Assembly (NCBI GenBank): GCA_963776345.1
Contig: CAVZMH010000010.1
Span: forward strand, 1-63,838
Reading direction: 5' to 3'
Origin: an uncultured delta proteobacterium
Lineage (GTDB): Bacteria > Myxococcota > Myxococcia > Myxococcales > Myxococcaceae
DNA length: 63,838 nt
The notes under the pieces were generated by a model, which worked only from the letters and a program-made list of their open reading frames with translations, had not been told where the DNA came from and did no database searches. The stretch's first letter is position 1; each line of letters begins with the position of its first letter. A program made the translations under genes and the position numbers. Positions 10,079 through 19,605 of the stretch are shown here, piece by piece.

Positions 10079-10777
10079 ATGGAGCAGACCGCGGGGGACG
10101 GCGAGGTGACGGCGTGCACGCGCTGCCCGGTGGGCATCGCCTCGGGTGTCGCCGAGCGCGGCCGGTGTCCCTTCGTCGCCCGGAAGCGCCAGGCCGGCGC
10201 GGTCCTCCACGTGGCTGGAGACGCGGTCGAGCGGGTGTGGTTCATCAAGTCGGGCGCGGTCCTGGTGACCCGCTCGATGGACGAGGAGCAGGCCGAGGGG
10301 ACGCCGTGGGCGATCCGGCGCGCGGGGAGCTTCCTGGGTCTCGAGGGGCTGGTCGGGTCGGGGCATCTCGAATCGGCCCGGGCGCTGACCGACGTCACGC
10401 TCTGCGGTGCGCCGCTCGAGGACGTCGAGGACTGGGTCGACGGCCGTCGCGCGGCCTCCCGCGTCCTGCTCGACGCCGCGCTGCGCTCGGGCGTCCGCGA
10501 GCGTCCGCTCCGGGGCAACGCCGACGGGACGGCCCCCCAGAGGACGGCCGCCTGGCTCCTGGCCAACGCCTCCCAGAGATCCTCGGGGACGATCCCCCGC
10601 CGGGTGATGGCCGGGCTCCTCGGGATGCGACCCGAGACGCTGTCCCGGGCGCTCAGGACGCTCGCCGCGCAGGGCGCCATCCGCCACGGCCGACGGACGG
10701 TCGAGGTCCTCGACCGCGCACAGCTCCGGTCGATCGCCCGGAAGGGACGGGCCATCTCCAGACGTCGAGCGGATTGA
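10079..10777 (+). CDS. Crp/Fnr-family regulator with FNR-like Cys ligands
   Basis: N-terminal CxxC-x13-C plus internal VTLCG; cNMP fold; HTH with an ETLSR recognition helix. Confidence 0.9.
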   Translation: MEQTAGDGEVTACTRCPVGIASGVAERGRCPFVARKRQAGAVLHVAGDAVERVWFIKSGAVLVTRSMDEEQAEGTPWAIRRAGSFLGLEGLVGSGHLESARALTDVTLCGAPLEDVEDWVDGRRAASRVLLDAALRSGVRERPLRGNADGTAPQRTAAWLLANASQRSSGTIPRRVMAGLLGMRPETLSRALRTLAAQGAIRHGRRTVEVLDRAQLRSIARKGRAISRRRAD

Positions 10778-10787
10778 CCGCGGTCAA
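10774..10787. promoter_or_regulatory. FNR-like box TTGACCGCGGTCAA
   Basis: Perfect 14-bp palindrome overlapping the regulator's stop codon, just upstream of the hemolysin III gene. Confidence 0.7.
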
Positions 10788-10820
10788 CACCCGCCTCTCC
10801 GAACGCTGACAGCGTTAAGC

Positions 10821-11486
10821 ATGTCCATGATCGCCGTCAGCGCGCCTCCCCGGCGCAAGCCGCTCCTCCGCGGTGTCATCCACGAGGTGGCCTTCGGGCT
10901 CGCGGCGAGCGCGGGCGTGCTGCTGGTGGCCGCGGCGCCTGGGCCGGTCGCGAAGCTCGGGTGCGCGCTGTACGCCACCAGTCTCACCGGGCTGCTCGGG
11001 GTCAGTGCGCTGTACCACCGTCCCTTCTGGCAGGATCCTGTCCGGTCCTGGCTCCGCCGGCTGGACCACTCGGCGATCTTCGTGCTGATCGCCGGTACCT
11101 ACACCCCGCTCGCGCTGACGCTGCGCCACCGGCTCGCCCGCGAGATGCTCGTCATCGCCTGGGCGGGTGCGGCGCTCGGCGTCTTGCGAGCGCTCGTATG
11201 GCCGCGTGCGCCACGGTGGGTCCCGGCGCTGCTGGCCGTGGCGCTCGGCTGGGTCTCGCTCGCCTATCTCCCGGCAATCCTCGCTGCGACGGGACCGACG
11301 GTGATGATCCTCCTCGCAGTCGGGGGCGCGCTGTACTCGATCGGGGCGCTCATCTATGCGCTTCGCCGGCCGAATCCCTGGCCGCGCGTGTTCGGGTACC
11401 ACGAGGTCTTTCACGCGCTGGTGGTGACGGCCGCGGCCTGTCACTTCGCGGCGATCGCCGCCGCGCTTCCCGCAGTGACCGCCTGA
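10821..11486 (+). CDS. Hemolysin III / PAQR (TrhA/YqfA-like) membrane protein
   Basis: RGVIH, SALYH, RRLDHSAIFVLIAGTYTP, FGYHEVFH; about 7 TM segments. Confidence 0.93.
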   Translation: MSMIAVSAPPRRKPLLRGVIHEVAFGLAASAGVLLVAAAPGPVAKLGCALYATSLTGLLGVSALYHRPFWQDPVRSWLRRLDHSAIFVLIAGTYTPLALTLRHRLAREMLVIAWAGAALGVLRALVWPRAPRWVPALLAVALGWVSLAYLPAILAATGPTVMILLAVGGALYSIGALIYALRRPNPWPRVFGYHEVFHALVVTAAACHFAAIAAALPAVTA

Positions 11487-11547
11487 AACGAAGGCGGGGC
11501 CCTCCCCACGAGGTGTCTGACGGCCGGCGCCGGAACCTGATCGCTGC

Positions 11548-12351
11548 TCAGGCCCCGCCGGACCTCGCGACGACGATCAGCAGTGCCGTCGTGAGCAGGC
11601 CCGCTGCGACCACCGTCCAGCCGACGCGCGGCAGGGACCGCGGCGGGGGCGGCGACACCGCGAACCAGCCGGCGGCGAGCACCAGGGGAGCGAGGGCGAG
11701 CAGGTGCCCCGCTCCGAATCCGGCCCGGAGGGCGCCCACGGCGGTCGCCAGCGAGAGGAGCACCGGGAGCAGCCGGGTGAACATCGAGGTGGTGGCGCGC
11801 CGGCGGGCGCCGATGCTCCGTACCGGGACGAGCAGCGCCCCGAAGCCCAGGGCCCAGACACACCACGCGCGCGCCGAGGCACCGGGCGTCAGTCCCGAGG
11901 CGATCCCGACGGGGAAGGACACCCCGGAGAGCGCGAGCGCGGCGACGGCTTCACCGACCAGCGACCGTTCCTGACCGAGGACCACCATCGCCGCGAAGGC
12001 TGCGCCGAGGACGGCGGGGAGGACCAGCGCCGAGCGGACGGGCGGAGGCGCGAGCACCAGCCCCGTGATTCCGAGAATGGCTCCGGCGAGCGCCAGTCCG
12101 ACGAGCCTGACGATCGCTCGCGGGCGCTCCTCGGTCTGCAGTCGCTCCCCGCGCCGACCGAGGAGCACCAGGACGGGCTCGTTGGCGAGAAACAGCGCCC
12201 AGGCGCTCGTGCACAGAAGGACGGCGACCAGCCCGGGGCGAGCTGCTCCCAGCGCCGCGAGCATCGGCAAGGCGAGCTGTCCGTAGGCGCCGTGCTCCCT
12301 CGGCGCGAGCGAGCGCGGACGGGGCGACGACGTGGGCGGAGCGGCATCCAT
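11548..12351 (-). CDS. YwiC-like membrane protein
   Basis: N-terminal PREHGAY motif and multiple TM helices. Confidence 0.8.
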   Translation of the reverse strand: MDAAPPTSSPRPRSLAPREHGAYGQLALPMLAALGAARPGLVAVLLCTSAWALFLANEPVLVLLGRRGERLQTEERPRAIVRLVGLALAGAILGITGLVLAPPPVRSALVLPAVLGAAFAAMVVLGQERSLVGEAVAALALSGVSFPVGIASGLTPGASARAWCVWALGFGALLVPVRSIGARRRATTSMFTRLLPVLLSLATAVGALRAGFGAGHLLALAPLVLAAGWFAVSPPPPRSLPRVGWTVVAAGLLTTALLIVVARSGGA

Positions 12352-12465
12352 CGGAGAGCGCCCGAGGATGCCACAGGCGCGGTGAGCGGAAGCCCGTCAG
12401 GAGGGGCCCCGGAAGGGCGTCGGCGAGCGCCAGGACCATGACTGGGCGGGCGCCCCCGTCCCCGG

Positions 12466-12482
12466 TCGCGCAGTCCTTGCGC
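12466..12482. promoter_or_regulatory. Putative transcription factor site TCGCGCAGTCCTTGCGC
   Basis: 15/17 identical to 3520-3536; lies in the ywiC/usp divergent region. Confidence 0.5.
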
Positions 12483-12535
12483 ACCGGCCGCACAGCTCCC
12501 TTGCATCCCTGCGGACAAGGGTTACCGATCGCCTG

Positions 12536-12551
12536 CGGCACATGTTCTGCA
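12536..12551 (+). promoter_or_regulatory. Possible sigma54 -24/-12 promoter CGGCACATGTTCTGCA
   Basis: GG-N10-GC spacing with GGCAC and TGCA, but very close to the ATG at 12565. Confidence 0.35.
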
Positions 12552-12564
12552 ATCGAGGTGGGCG

Positions 12565-13863
12565 ATGTCTCTGGTCTACGGCCACGACTTCTCGGACACC
12601 TCCGCCGCGCTGGCCTCCGGAGCCGCGGCGCTCGCCGTGCGGCTGGGGCTGCCGCTGATCCTGGTCCACGTGCGGGACACGGCGGAGGAGTCGCTCGAGC
12701 CGGAGGCCGAGGCGCGCATCGCGGCCCGGGCGGGTGAGCGGCTGGAGTCGTTCGCCGCGGACCTCGCCCGCGCCTGGCCCGGGTGCCGCGCGCGCGGGAT
12801 ACAAGTACGCGGACGTCCGGCGTCCGAGCTGGCGGCGGTGGCGGCCCGCGAGCGCGCCCATCTCCTGGTCGTCTCCTCGGGCAGGCACACCGGCCCGCTC
12901 TGGCGCCTCGGCACGACCTCCGAACGCGTCGCGGTGGAGGCGGAGTGCCCGGTGCTCGTGCTGCGTGCCGCCGAGCCGTTCGAGACCTGGGCGCGGGGCG
13001 GACGACGGCTCCGGGTCGTGCTCGGGGTCTCGGACGACGCCGCCTGCGCGGGGGCCGTGGCCTGGACCTCCCGGCTCCGGTCCGCCGCTGCGTGCGACGT
13101 GACCGCCGCCGAGGTGTACTCGCAACCCGGGGAGCACGAACGGTACGGCGTCCGCCCGCGGCTGCCCTGGACCGAGCCGGACCCGGAGATCGAACGGCTG
13201 GTCGCCCGCGACATCGAGCGCCGTCTCGCCTCGCTCGGCGGGGAGGGGGCGCTGGAGATCCACCCCACGCTGGGCCTCGGTCGCGCCGCGGACCACCTGC
13301 TCGACGTCGCCGAGCGCTCCGCCGCGGACCTGGTGGTGGTGGGCACGCACCGCGCGCGGGGTCTCCTGCGGCTCACCTCGGTGTCGGAGGGCGTCCTGCA
13401 CCACGGCCGCACCTCGGTGCTCCTCGTTCCCTGCGCTCCCGGCGCGACCCGGGCGCCGGTTCCCGAGCTGCGCCGCGTGCTGGTGGCGGTGGATCTCTCG
13501 CCGATGTCCGGCCCGGCGGTGGCCCATGGCCTGTCGCTCGCCCGGGCTGCCCACGGCGAGCTGTTCCTGTTGCACGTGGTGGAGCTGGAGGAGCCGCCGC
13601 CCTCGGAGGTCGTCGCGCTCGCCGCCCGGATGCGGGCGCTGGTTCCCGAGCCGGCTGGCGTCCCGGTGCGGACCGAGGTGTTCGGCGCCCGGGAGCCCGC
13701 CGAGGCGATCACCGCGGCGGCCGAGCGGCTGGACGCCGACGTGGTGTGCATCGCCCCGCACGGGCGCAGCACCCTGGAGCGGCTCGCGCTCGGGTCGGTC
13801 GCCGAGCGCGTGATCCGCAGCTGCCGCCGGCCGGTCCTGGTGGTCCATCCAGAGCGGGAGTGA
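12565..13863 (+). CDS. Universal stress protein with three tandem USP domains
   Basis: Three USP-like units, each ending in a PVLV/SVLL-type motif. Confidence 0.9.
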   Translation: MSLVYGHDFSDTSAALASGAAALAVRLGLPLILVHVRDTAEESLEPEAEARIAARAGERLESFAADLARAWPGCRARGIQVRGRPASELAAVAARERAHLLVVSSGRHTGPLWRLGTTSERVAVEAECPVLVLRAAEPFETWARGGRRLRVVLGVSDDAACAGAVAWTSRLRSAAACDVTAAEVYSQPGEHERYGVRPRLPWTEPDPEIERLVARDIERRLASLGGEGALEIHPTLGLGRAADHLLDVAERSAADLVVVGTHRARGLLRLTSVSEGVLHHGRTSVLLVPCAPGATRAPVPELRRVLVAVDLSPMSGPAVAHGLSLARAAHGELFLLHVVELEEPPPSEVVALAARMRALVPEPAGVPVRTEVFGAREPAEAITAAAERLDADVVCIAPHGRSTLERLALGSVAERVIRSCRRPVLVVHPERE

Positions 13864-13869
13864 GCGACG

Positions 13870-16419
13870 GTGCAGCCCACGGTCGAAGCCGCCCGGTCGA
13901 GCCCCACGGCGCGTGAGACGACCGGGGACGCCGCCGGTCGATCCCCGCTGCTGCCCGGACTGACGACCGCCGAGGTGCGCCGCCGGCTGGCCGAGGTGGG
14001 GCCGAACCGGCTGGTTCAGCTCGAGCGATGGGCGTGGCTGAAGCACGCGATCCGGATTGCCGCCGACCCGATGGCGATCATGCTCGCCATCGCCGGCGCG
14101 GTGTACCTCCTCCTCGGCGAGACCAAGGATGGGATCATCCTGCTGGCGGCGATCGTCCCGGTGCTCGGGGTGGACGTCCTGCTCGACGCCCGGTCGAAGA
14201 GGGCGCTCCGGCGGCTGGCAGCGACGGTGAAGCCGCGGGCGTGCGTGGTCCGGGACGGGGTGGAGGTCGACGTTCCGAGCGAGGACCTGGTCCCTGGCGA
14301 CGTGGTGGTCCTGCGGGAAGGGGACATCCTCCACGCGGACGGCGTGGTCCGGCAGGTCGCAAACCTCACCATCGATGAGTCGCAGCTCACCGGCGAATCC
14401 GAACCGCTCGCCAAGGAGCCCCATCCGGGGCCAGTGGAACCCGAGCCGTCGCCCGACCGTTGCTTCTTCGCCGGGTCGCTCGTCGTCGCCGGGCACGGCT
14501 TCGGCGAGGTCACCAGCACCGGGCCGAGGACCCGGTTCGGCCGGATCGCCCATCTGGTCGCGGAGTCTTCACCCACCCCCACGCCGCTCCAGCGCAAGAC
14601 GGGGCGGATGGTGAAGGTGCTGGGGCTGGTCGCTGCGGCGGTCGCCTCGGCGGTCTTCGCCCTGGGCCTCTGGCGCGGGACCGACACCTACCACGCGCTG
14701 CTCACGGCGCTGAGCGTCGCCATCTCGGCCGTGCCGGAAGAATTTCCGCTGGTCTTCACCATCTTCCTCTCCATGGGTGCCTTCCGGCTCTCCGGTCGTG
14801 GAGTCCTGGTGCGCCGCCTCGCCGCCGTGGAGACGCTCGGCTCGACAACCGTCATCTGCACCGACAAAACGGGAACCCTCACCACCGGCGAGTTCGCGCT
14901 CGACGCGCGCGTCCTGCTCGCGCCCGGCGCCGACGAGGTGGCGCTGCTCGAGGCGGCGCTCCTCGCCTCCGAGCCGCGGCCGACCGACGCCATGGAGCGC
15001 GCGCTCTTCGCCTACGCCCGGGCGAAGGAGGTGCCCCCCGAACGGCTTCACGCCGCGTGGAGGCTGGTGCAGGACTACGATTTCGATCCGGTCGGCAAGC
15101 ACATGTCCCATGGCTGGCGCCCCTCGAGCGGCGGCCCCGAGCCGGCGCGGGTGTGCGCGAAGGGCGCGCTGGAGGGCGTGCTCGAGCACTGCCTGCTCGC
15201 CCCAGGCGAGCGCGAGCGCGCAATGGCATCCAACGCAGAGCTCGCCGGGAGGGGAATGCGGGTGCTGGCGGTCGCCGAGCGGGTCGGCGGCACGCTCAGC
15301 GGCGTGCGTGCCGAGGACGAGCGAGGGTTCAGGCTGCTCGGTCTCCTGGGCTTCCGCGATCCGCTCCGACCGCAGGTGCCCGCCGCGGTCCGGGAGTGCG
15401 GAGAGGCGGGCATCCGAATCAAGATCGTCACCGGTGATCACGCCCTGACGGCGCACGCCATCGCCGACGCGGCCGGCATCCGGCACGCCCCAGACGGGAT
15501 CGTGACCGGCGACGAGCTGGATGCGCTCGGGCCCGAGGCCCGCGACGAGCGGATCGCCAAGGCCACCATCTTCGCGCGTGTCCGGCCGGAGCAGAAGCAC
15601 GCCATCGTCGAGGCATTGTCCCGTGCCGGGGAAGTGGTGGCGATGACCGGGGACGGCGTCAACGACGCCCCGGCGCTCCGCCGCGCCGACATCGGCATCT
15701 CGTACGGGGTCCGGGGCACGGATGTCGCCCGCGCCGCGTCCGACCTGGTGCTCCTCGACGACGACTTCACCGCGCTGGTGGCGACCGTTCGCGAGGGGCG
15801 CGGCATCTACGCCAACATCCAGAAGGCCTTCCTCTACCTCCTCTCCTTCAAGCTCCGGGTGGTGGGTTTGGCGCTCATCGTTCCGCTGGTGGGCCTGCCG
15901 GCGTTCTTCCAGCCCGTGCACCTGGTCTGGCTGGAGCTCATCATCCACCCGGTGTCAGCGCTGGTCTTCGAGGCCGAGCCACCGCCGAAGGACGTCATGC
16001 GCCGGCCGCCTCGCAACCCTCGGGCGCCGCTCGTCTCCCGGCGGCTCGCCGTGCGCTCGCTGCTGTCGGGCCTGACCTTGATGATCGCCGCGCTGTGGGC
16101 GTACGCCATCCATCTCCCCGAGGGAGTGGAGTACGCCCGCAGCCTCGGAGTGGCCGTCCTGATCGTGGGGAGCCTGCTCCTGGTCTGGGTCGAGCGCGCC
16201 GGCGAGGGTTCGTTCCTCTCGTTCCCGCTCCCCAGGAGCTGGAAGTTCTGGGCGGTCTGGAGTGGGGTCGCGCTCTCACTTCCGGTATTCATGCACGTCC
16301 CCGCCATCGCCGCGATCTTCCAGATCCAGCCGCTCAGCCTCTCGGACTGGTGGCTGGTGGCGTGGGTCTCCGCGGCGTCGATCGTCTGGTGTGCCATTCC
16401 CTGGACGCGCCACCGATGA
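13870..16419 (+). CDS. Cation-translocating P-type ATPase (P2-like), copy 1
   Basis: TGES, PEEFP, DKTGT, KGA, TGD, MTGDGVNDAP motifs. Confidence 0.95.
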   Translation: MQPTVEAARSSPTARETTGDAAGRSPLLPGLTTAEVRRRLAEVGPNRLVQLERWAWLKHAIRIAADPMAIMLAIAGAVYLLLGETKDGIILLAAIVPVLGVDVLLDARSKRALRRLAATVKPRACVVRDGVEVDVPSEDLVPGDVVVLREGDILHADGVVRQVANLTIDESQLTGESEPLAKEPHPGPVEPEPSPDRCFFAGSLVVAGHGFGEVTSTGPRTRFGRIAHLVAESSPTPTPLQRKTGRMVKVLGLVAAAVASAVFALGLWRGTDTYHALLTALSVAISAVPEEFPLVFTIFLSMGAFRLSGRGVLVRRLAAVETLGSTTVICTDKTGTLTTGEFALDARVLLAPGADEVALLEAALLASEPRPTDAMERALFAYARAKEVPPERLHAAWRLVQDYDFDPVGKHMSHGWRPSSGGPEPARVCAKGALEGVLEHCLLAPGERERAMASNAELAGRGMRVLAVAERVGGTLSGVRAEDERGFRLLGLLGFRDPLRPQVPAAVRECGEAGIRIKIVTGDHALTAHAIADAAGIRHAPDGIVTGDELDALGPEARDERIAKATIFARVRPEQKHAIVEALSRAGEVVAMTGDGVNDAPALRRADIGISYGVRGTDVARAASDLVLLDDDFTALVATVREGRGIYANIQKAFLYLLSFKLRVVGLALIVPLVGLPAFFQPVHLVWLELIIHPVSALVFEAEPPPKDVMRRPPRNPRAPLVSRRLAVRSLLSGLTLMIAALWAYAIHLPEGVEYARSLGVAVLIVGSLLLVWVERAGEGSFLSFPLPRSWKFWAVWSGVALSLPVFMHVPAIAAIFQIQPLSLSDWWLVAWVSAASIVWCAIPWTRHR

Positions 16420-18992
16420 GCGATCGCCGCTCTGATCCTGACCCAGTTCCCCGATTCGCCGGGGCCGAGATCGATGCCGGGGCGAGAACCGACGCCGAGG
16501 GGCGTGGCCTGAGCAGCGAGGAAGCTCGTCGGCGTCTCGAGGAGCACGGACCGAACATTCTGGGGACCGAGCGGAGTGGGGGCTGGTGGCGCACGCTGCT
16601 GAGCGTGGTGCTCGAGCCGATGGTCCTCCTGCTCCTCGTCTGCGCCGGGATGTACATCGCCTTCGGCGACCTCTTCGAGGCGGTGATCCTCGGCGCGTCG
16701 GTCATGCTGGTGGTGGTCATCAGCCTGTTCCAGGAGGGCAAGACGGAGCGCGCCCTGCAGGCCCTGAAAGATTTGTCGAGCCCGCAGGCCTCCGTTCGCC
16801 GCGACGGGCGCGCGGTGCGCATCCGCGCCTCGGAGGTGGTCCCCGGAGACGTGCTCCTGCTCCAGGAGGGAGACCGGGTGGCGGCCGACGCGGTGCTGGT
16901 GTCCGCCACCGGCCTCAAGGTGAACGAGTCGCTGCTCACCGGGGAGTCGGCTGCGGTCCGCAAGCGGGCCGTGCCGGACCCGGTTCCCATGGAGCCGCCT
17001 GGCGAGGGCAAGACGCCGTTCGTCTACGCGAGCACCCTGGTCGTCTCGGGCCGGGGCGAGGCGATCGTCGGCGCCACCGGAGCCGGCACCGAGGTGGGGC
17101 GGATCGGGCACGGGCTGGCGACGCTCTCCACGGCCGAGAACCCGCTCAAGAAGCAGCTCGCAGGGCTGGTGCGGGCGGTGGCCGTCGCCGCGCTCGCCTG
17201 CTGCCTCGCGGTGCTACTCATCTACGGGCTCGGCCGCTCGGACTGGAAGGGCGGCCTGCTCGCCGGGCTCACCCTCGCCATCTCGCTCCTGCCCGAGGAG
17301 TTCCCGGTGGTGGTGACCGTCTTCCTCGCCCTCGGCGCGTACCGGATGGCCCGGAACAACATCCTGGCCCGCCGGATGGCGGCGCTGGAGACGCTGGGGG
17401 CGGCCACGGTGCTCTGCTCGGACAAGACCGGCACGCTCACCGAGAACCGGATGAAGGTGGTGGAGTTCACCACCACCATCGCGGGCCGTCCGGCGGATGG
17501 AGCGGCCGACGTCGCCGAGCTGCGCGAGACGGCCGCGCTCGCCTGCCCACGCGAAAGCTTCGACGCGATGGACGAGGCCACGCTGGAGTTCGGCCGCGCC
17601 GCCCCCGGGAGCGCCGCCGCGGGTCGGGCGCTCCGCGAGTACCCGCTCACCCCGGAGCTCCCGGTGATGGCCTTCGCTCACGCCGGGCCGAGCGGAGTGG
17701 CGCTCGCGGCCAAAGGGGCCCCCGAGGCCATGGCCACGCTGGCCGGATGGGACGCGGAGGCCCGCCGGGCGCTCGACGTTCAGGTCCACGCGTTCGCCGA
17801 GCGCGGGCTCCGGGTCCTGGCGGTGGCCCGGGCCGACCTCGGAGCAGGCGCGCCCCCCGAGCACCTGGGAGGGCTCCGGCTCCGGATGCTGGGCCTGCTG
17901 GCCTTCGCCGATCCACTGCGTCCCGGCGTCCCGGAGGCGGTGGCCGAGTGCCGGCGCGCCGGCATCCGGGTGATGCTCATCACCGGCGACCACCCGAGCA
18001 CCGCGCTGGCCATCGCCCGTCAGGCGGGGATCGAGGCGACGCACTTCCTCACCGGCGCGCAGCTCGAGTCGCTCGACGAGCCGGCGCTTCGCGCCGCGCT
18101 GGCGGAGACGCAGGTGTTCGCCCGCGTGGCCCCGCTCCACAAGCTCCGGCTGGTCGAGGTGCTCCAGGGGATGGGCGAGGTGGTGGCGATGACCGGCGAC
18201 GGGGTCAACGACGCTCCGGCGCTCCGGGCGGCCCACATCGGCGTGGCGATGGGGGGCCGGGGCACGGACGTGGCCCGCGAGGCCGCAGATCTGGTGGTGC
18301 TCGACGACGACTTCGTCTCCATCGTCGGCGCCATCCGGGCCGGGCGTCGCATCTACGCCAACCTCCAGAAGTCGCTGGGGTTCGTGCTGGCGGTGCACGT
18401 GCCCATCGGCGGCATCGCGATGCTCCCGGTGCTCTGGGGATGGCCGATGCTCTTCACCCCGGTCCACATCGTCTTCCTCGAGCTGGTCATCGACCCGGCC
18501 TGCTCGATCGCCTTCGAGATGGAGCCGGGGCATCCCCGCCTGATGGAGCGGCCGCCGCGCTCTCCGACGGCGCGCCTGATGGGCAAGGCGGAGGTCGTCC
18601 GGAGCCTGGCCGAGGGCCTGGCGGTGCTCGCCGTCGTGGCGCTCGGGTTCTGGATCGGCCTGCAGAAGCACGGAGGCCTCACCGATGCGCGCACCCTGGC
18701 GTTCAGCGGGCTGCTGCTCGGGAACCTCGGGCTCATCGTGGCCCACCGGGCGCACACCAGCGGGCTGCTGCGCTCGTTCCGGGTGCCGAACCCCGCGTTC
18801 TGGGCGGTGCTCGGCGGGGCGATCGGCGTCTTGACGCTGGTGCTGGCGCTGCCGCCGTTGCGGCGTGTGTTCCAGTTCGGCCCGCTGCACCTGGACGACC
18901 TGGCCATCTCCGCGGCGCTCACCGTTGCGCTCATCGGCCTGCTGGTGCTCACCGGGGGGCTGGGGACCCGTCGAGTGAGGAGACCGGCATGA
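16416..18992 (+). CDS. Cation-translocating P-type ATPase (P2-like), copy 2
   Basis: TGES, PEEFP, DKTGT, KGAPE, MTGDGVNDAP; ATGA overlap with copy 1. Confidence 0.95.
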   Translation: MSDRRSDPDPVPRFAGAEIDAGARTDAEGRGLSSEEARRRLEEHGPNILGTERSGGWWRTLLSVVLEPMVLLLLVCAGMYIAFGDLFEAVILGASVMLVVVISLFQEGKTERALQALKDLSSPQASVRRDGRAVRIRASEVVPGDVLLLQEGDRVAADAVLVSATGLKVNESLLTGESAAVRKRAVPDPVPMEPPGEGKTPFVYASTLVVSGRGEAIVGATGAGTEVGRIGHGLATLSTAENPLKKQLAGLVRAVAVAALACCLAVLLIYGLGRSDWKGGLLAGLTLAISLLPEEFPVVVTVFLALGAYRMARNNILARRMAALETLGAATVLCSDKTGTLTENRMKVVEFTTTIAGRPADGAADVAELRETAALACPRESFDAMDEATLEFGRAAPGSAAAGRALREYPLTPELPVMAFAHAGPSGVALAAKGAPEAMATLAGWDAEARRALDVQVHAFAERGLRVLAVARADLGAGAPPEHLGGLRLRMLGLLAFADPLRPGVPEAVAECRRAGIRVMLITGDHPSTALAIARQAGIEATHFLTGAQLESLDEPALRAALAETQVFARVAPLHKLRLVEVLQGMGEVVAMTGDGVNDAPALRAAHIGVAMGGRGTDVAREAADLVVLDDDFVSIVGAIRAGRRIYANLQKSLGFVLAVHVPIGGIAMLPVLWGWPMLFTPVHIVFLELVIDPACSIAFEMEPGHPRLMERPPRSPTARLMGKAEVVRSLAEGLAVLAVVALGFWIGLQKHGGLTDARTLAFSGLLLGNLGLIVAHRAHTSGLLRSFRVPNPAFWAVLGGAIGVLTLVLALPPLRRVFQFGPLHLDDLAISAALTVALIGLLVLTGGLGTRRVRRPA

Positions 18993-19462
18993 GGACCTGG
19001 GCGAGGGCCCTGGTGGCCGCGCTGGGGCTGGTCGGGGCGGGGCTGGCGCTGGCGCAGAGCGGAGCCCGGCCGCTGGACGACTCGCAGCCGCCCGAGCTCA
19101 CGCCCGACGACGGTCGAGCGGCGCTCCGCCGCCGGATGTCGCGGCACGGGGCGATGCTGGACGCGCTGGTGGTCTCGGCGCTCCGGCTCGACCACCCGAA
19201 GGTGGCCGAGCTCGCCGGCGCGCTGGAGCGGGACACCGGGCTCGGCGCCTGGCCCGGCGCCGACGCGGGGGTGGCGGGGCGGAGGTCCCTGGAGCGCCTC
19301 GAGTTCGAGCTGCGCGCCCGGCGCCACACGCTCGCCGACGTCGCCCGGCGGGGGGCCGACGCCGAGCTCCCGGCTGCGTTCGGCGGCCTGATGGAGACCT
19401 GCGTCCGGTGCCACCACCGGGCGCTCGCGCCCGGGGCAGGACAGGTCAGCTCACCCCGCTAG
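18989..19462 (+). CDS. Exported class II (c'-like) cytochrome c
   Basis: Signal peptide (ALA-Q), helical body, single C-terminal CVRCH heme motif; ATGA overlap with the ATPase. Confidence 0.75.
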   Translation: MRTWARALVAALGLVGAGLALAQSGARPLDDSQPPELTPDDGRAALRRRMSRHGAMLDALVVSALRLDHPKVAELAGALERDTGLGAWPGADAGVAGRRSLERLEFELRARRHTLADVARRGADAELPAAFGGLMETCVRCHHRALAPGAGQVSSPR

Positions 19463-19605
19463 GACGGGTATCGATGGCCTCCGGGTTCGTTCCGGGGCCA
19501 AAGTGACCAATCCATTCGAGCAGTCAGGCTCCGGGTGGGCGTTGCCCGGGTCGCGAATGGCCATTATCGAGCGCCGGCGAGTTGGAACGGGCAGGAGGCA
19601 AGGCG

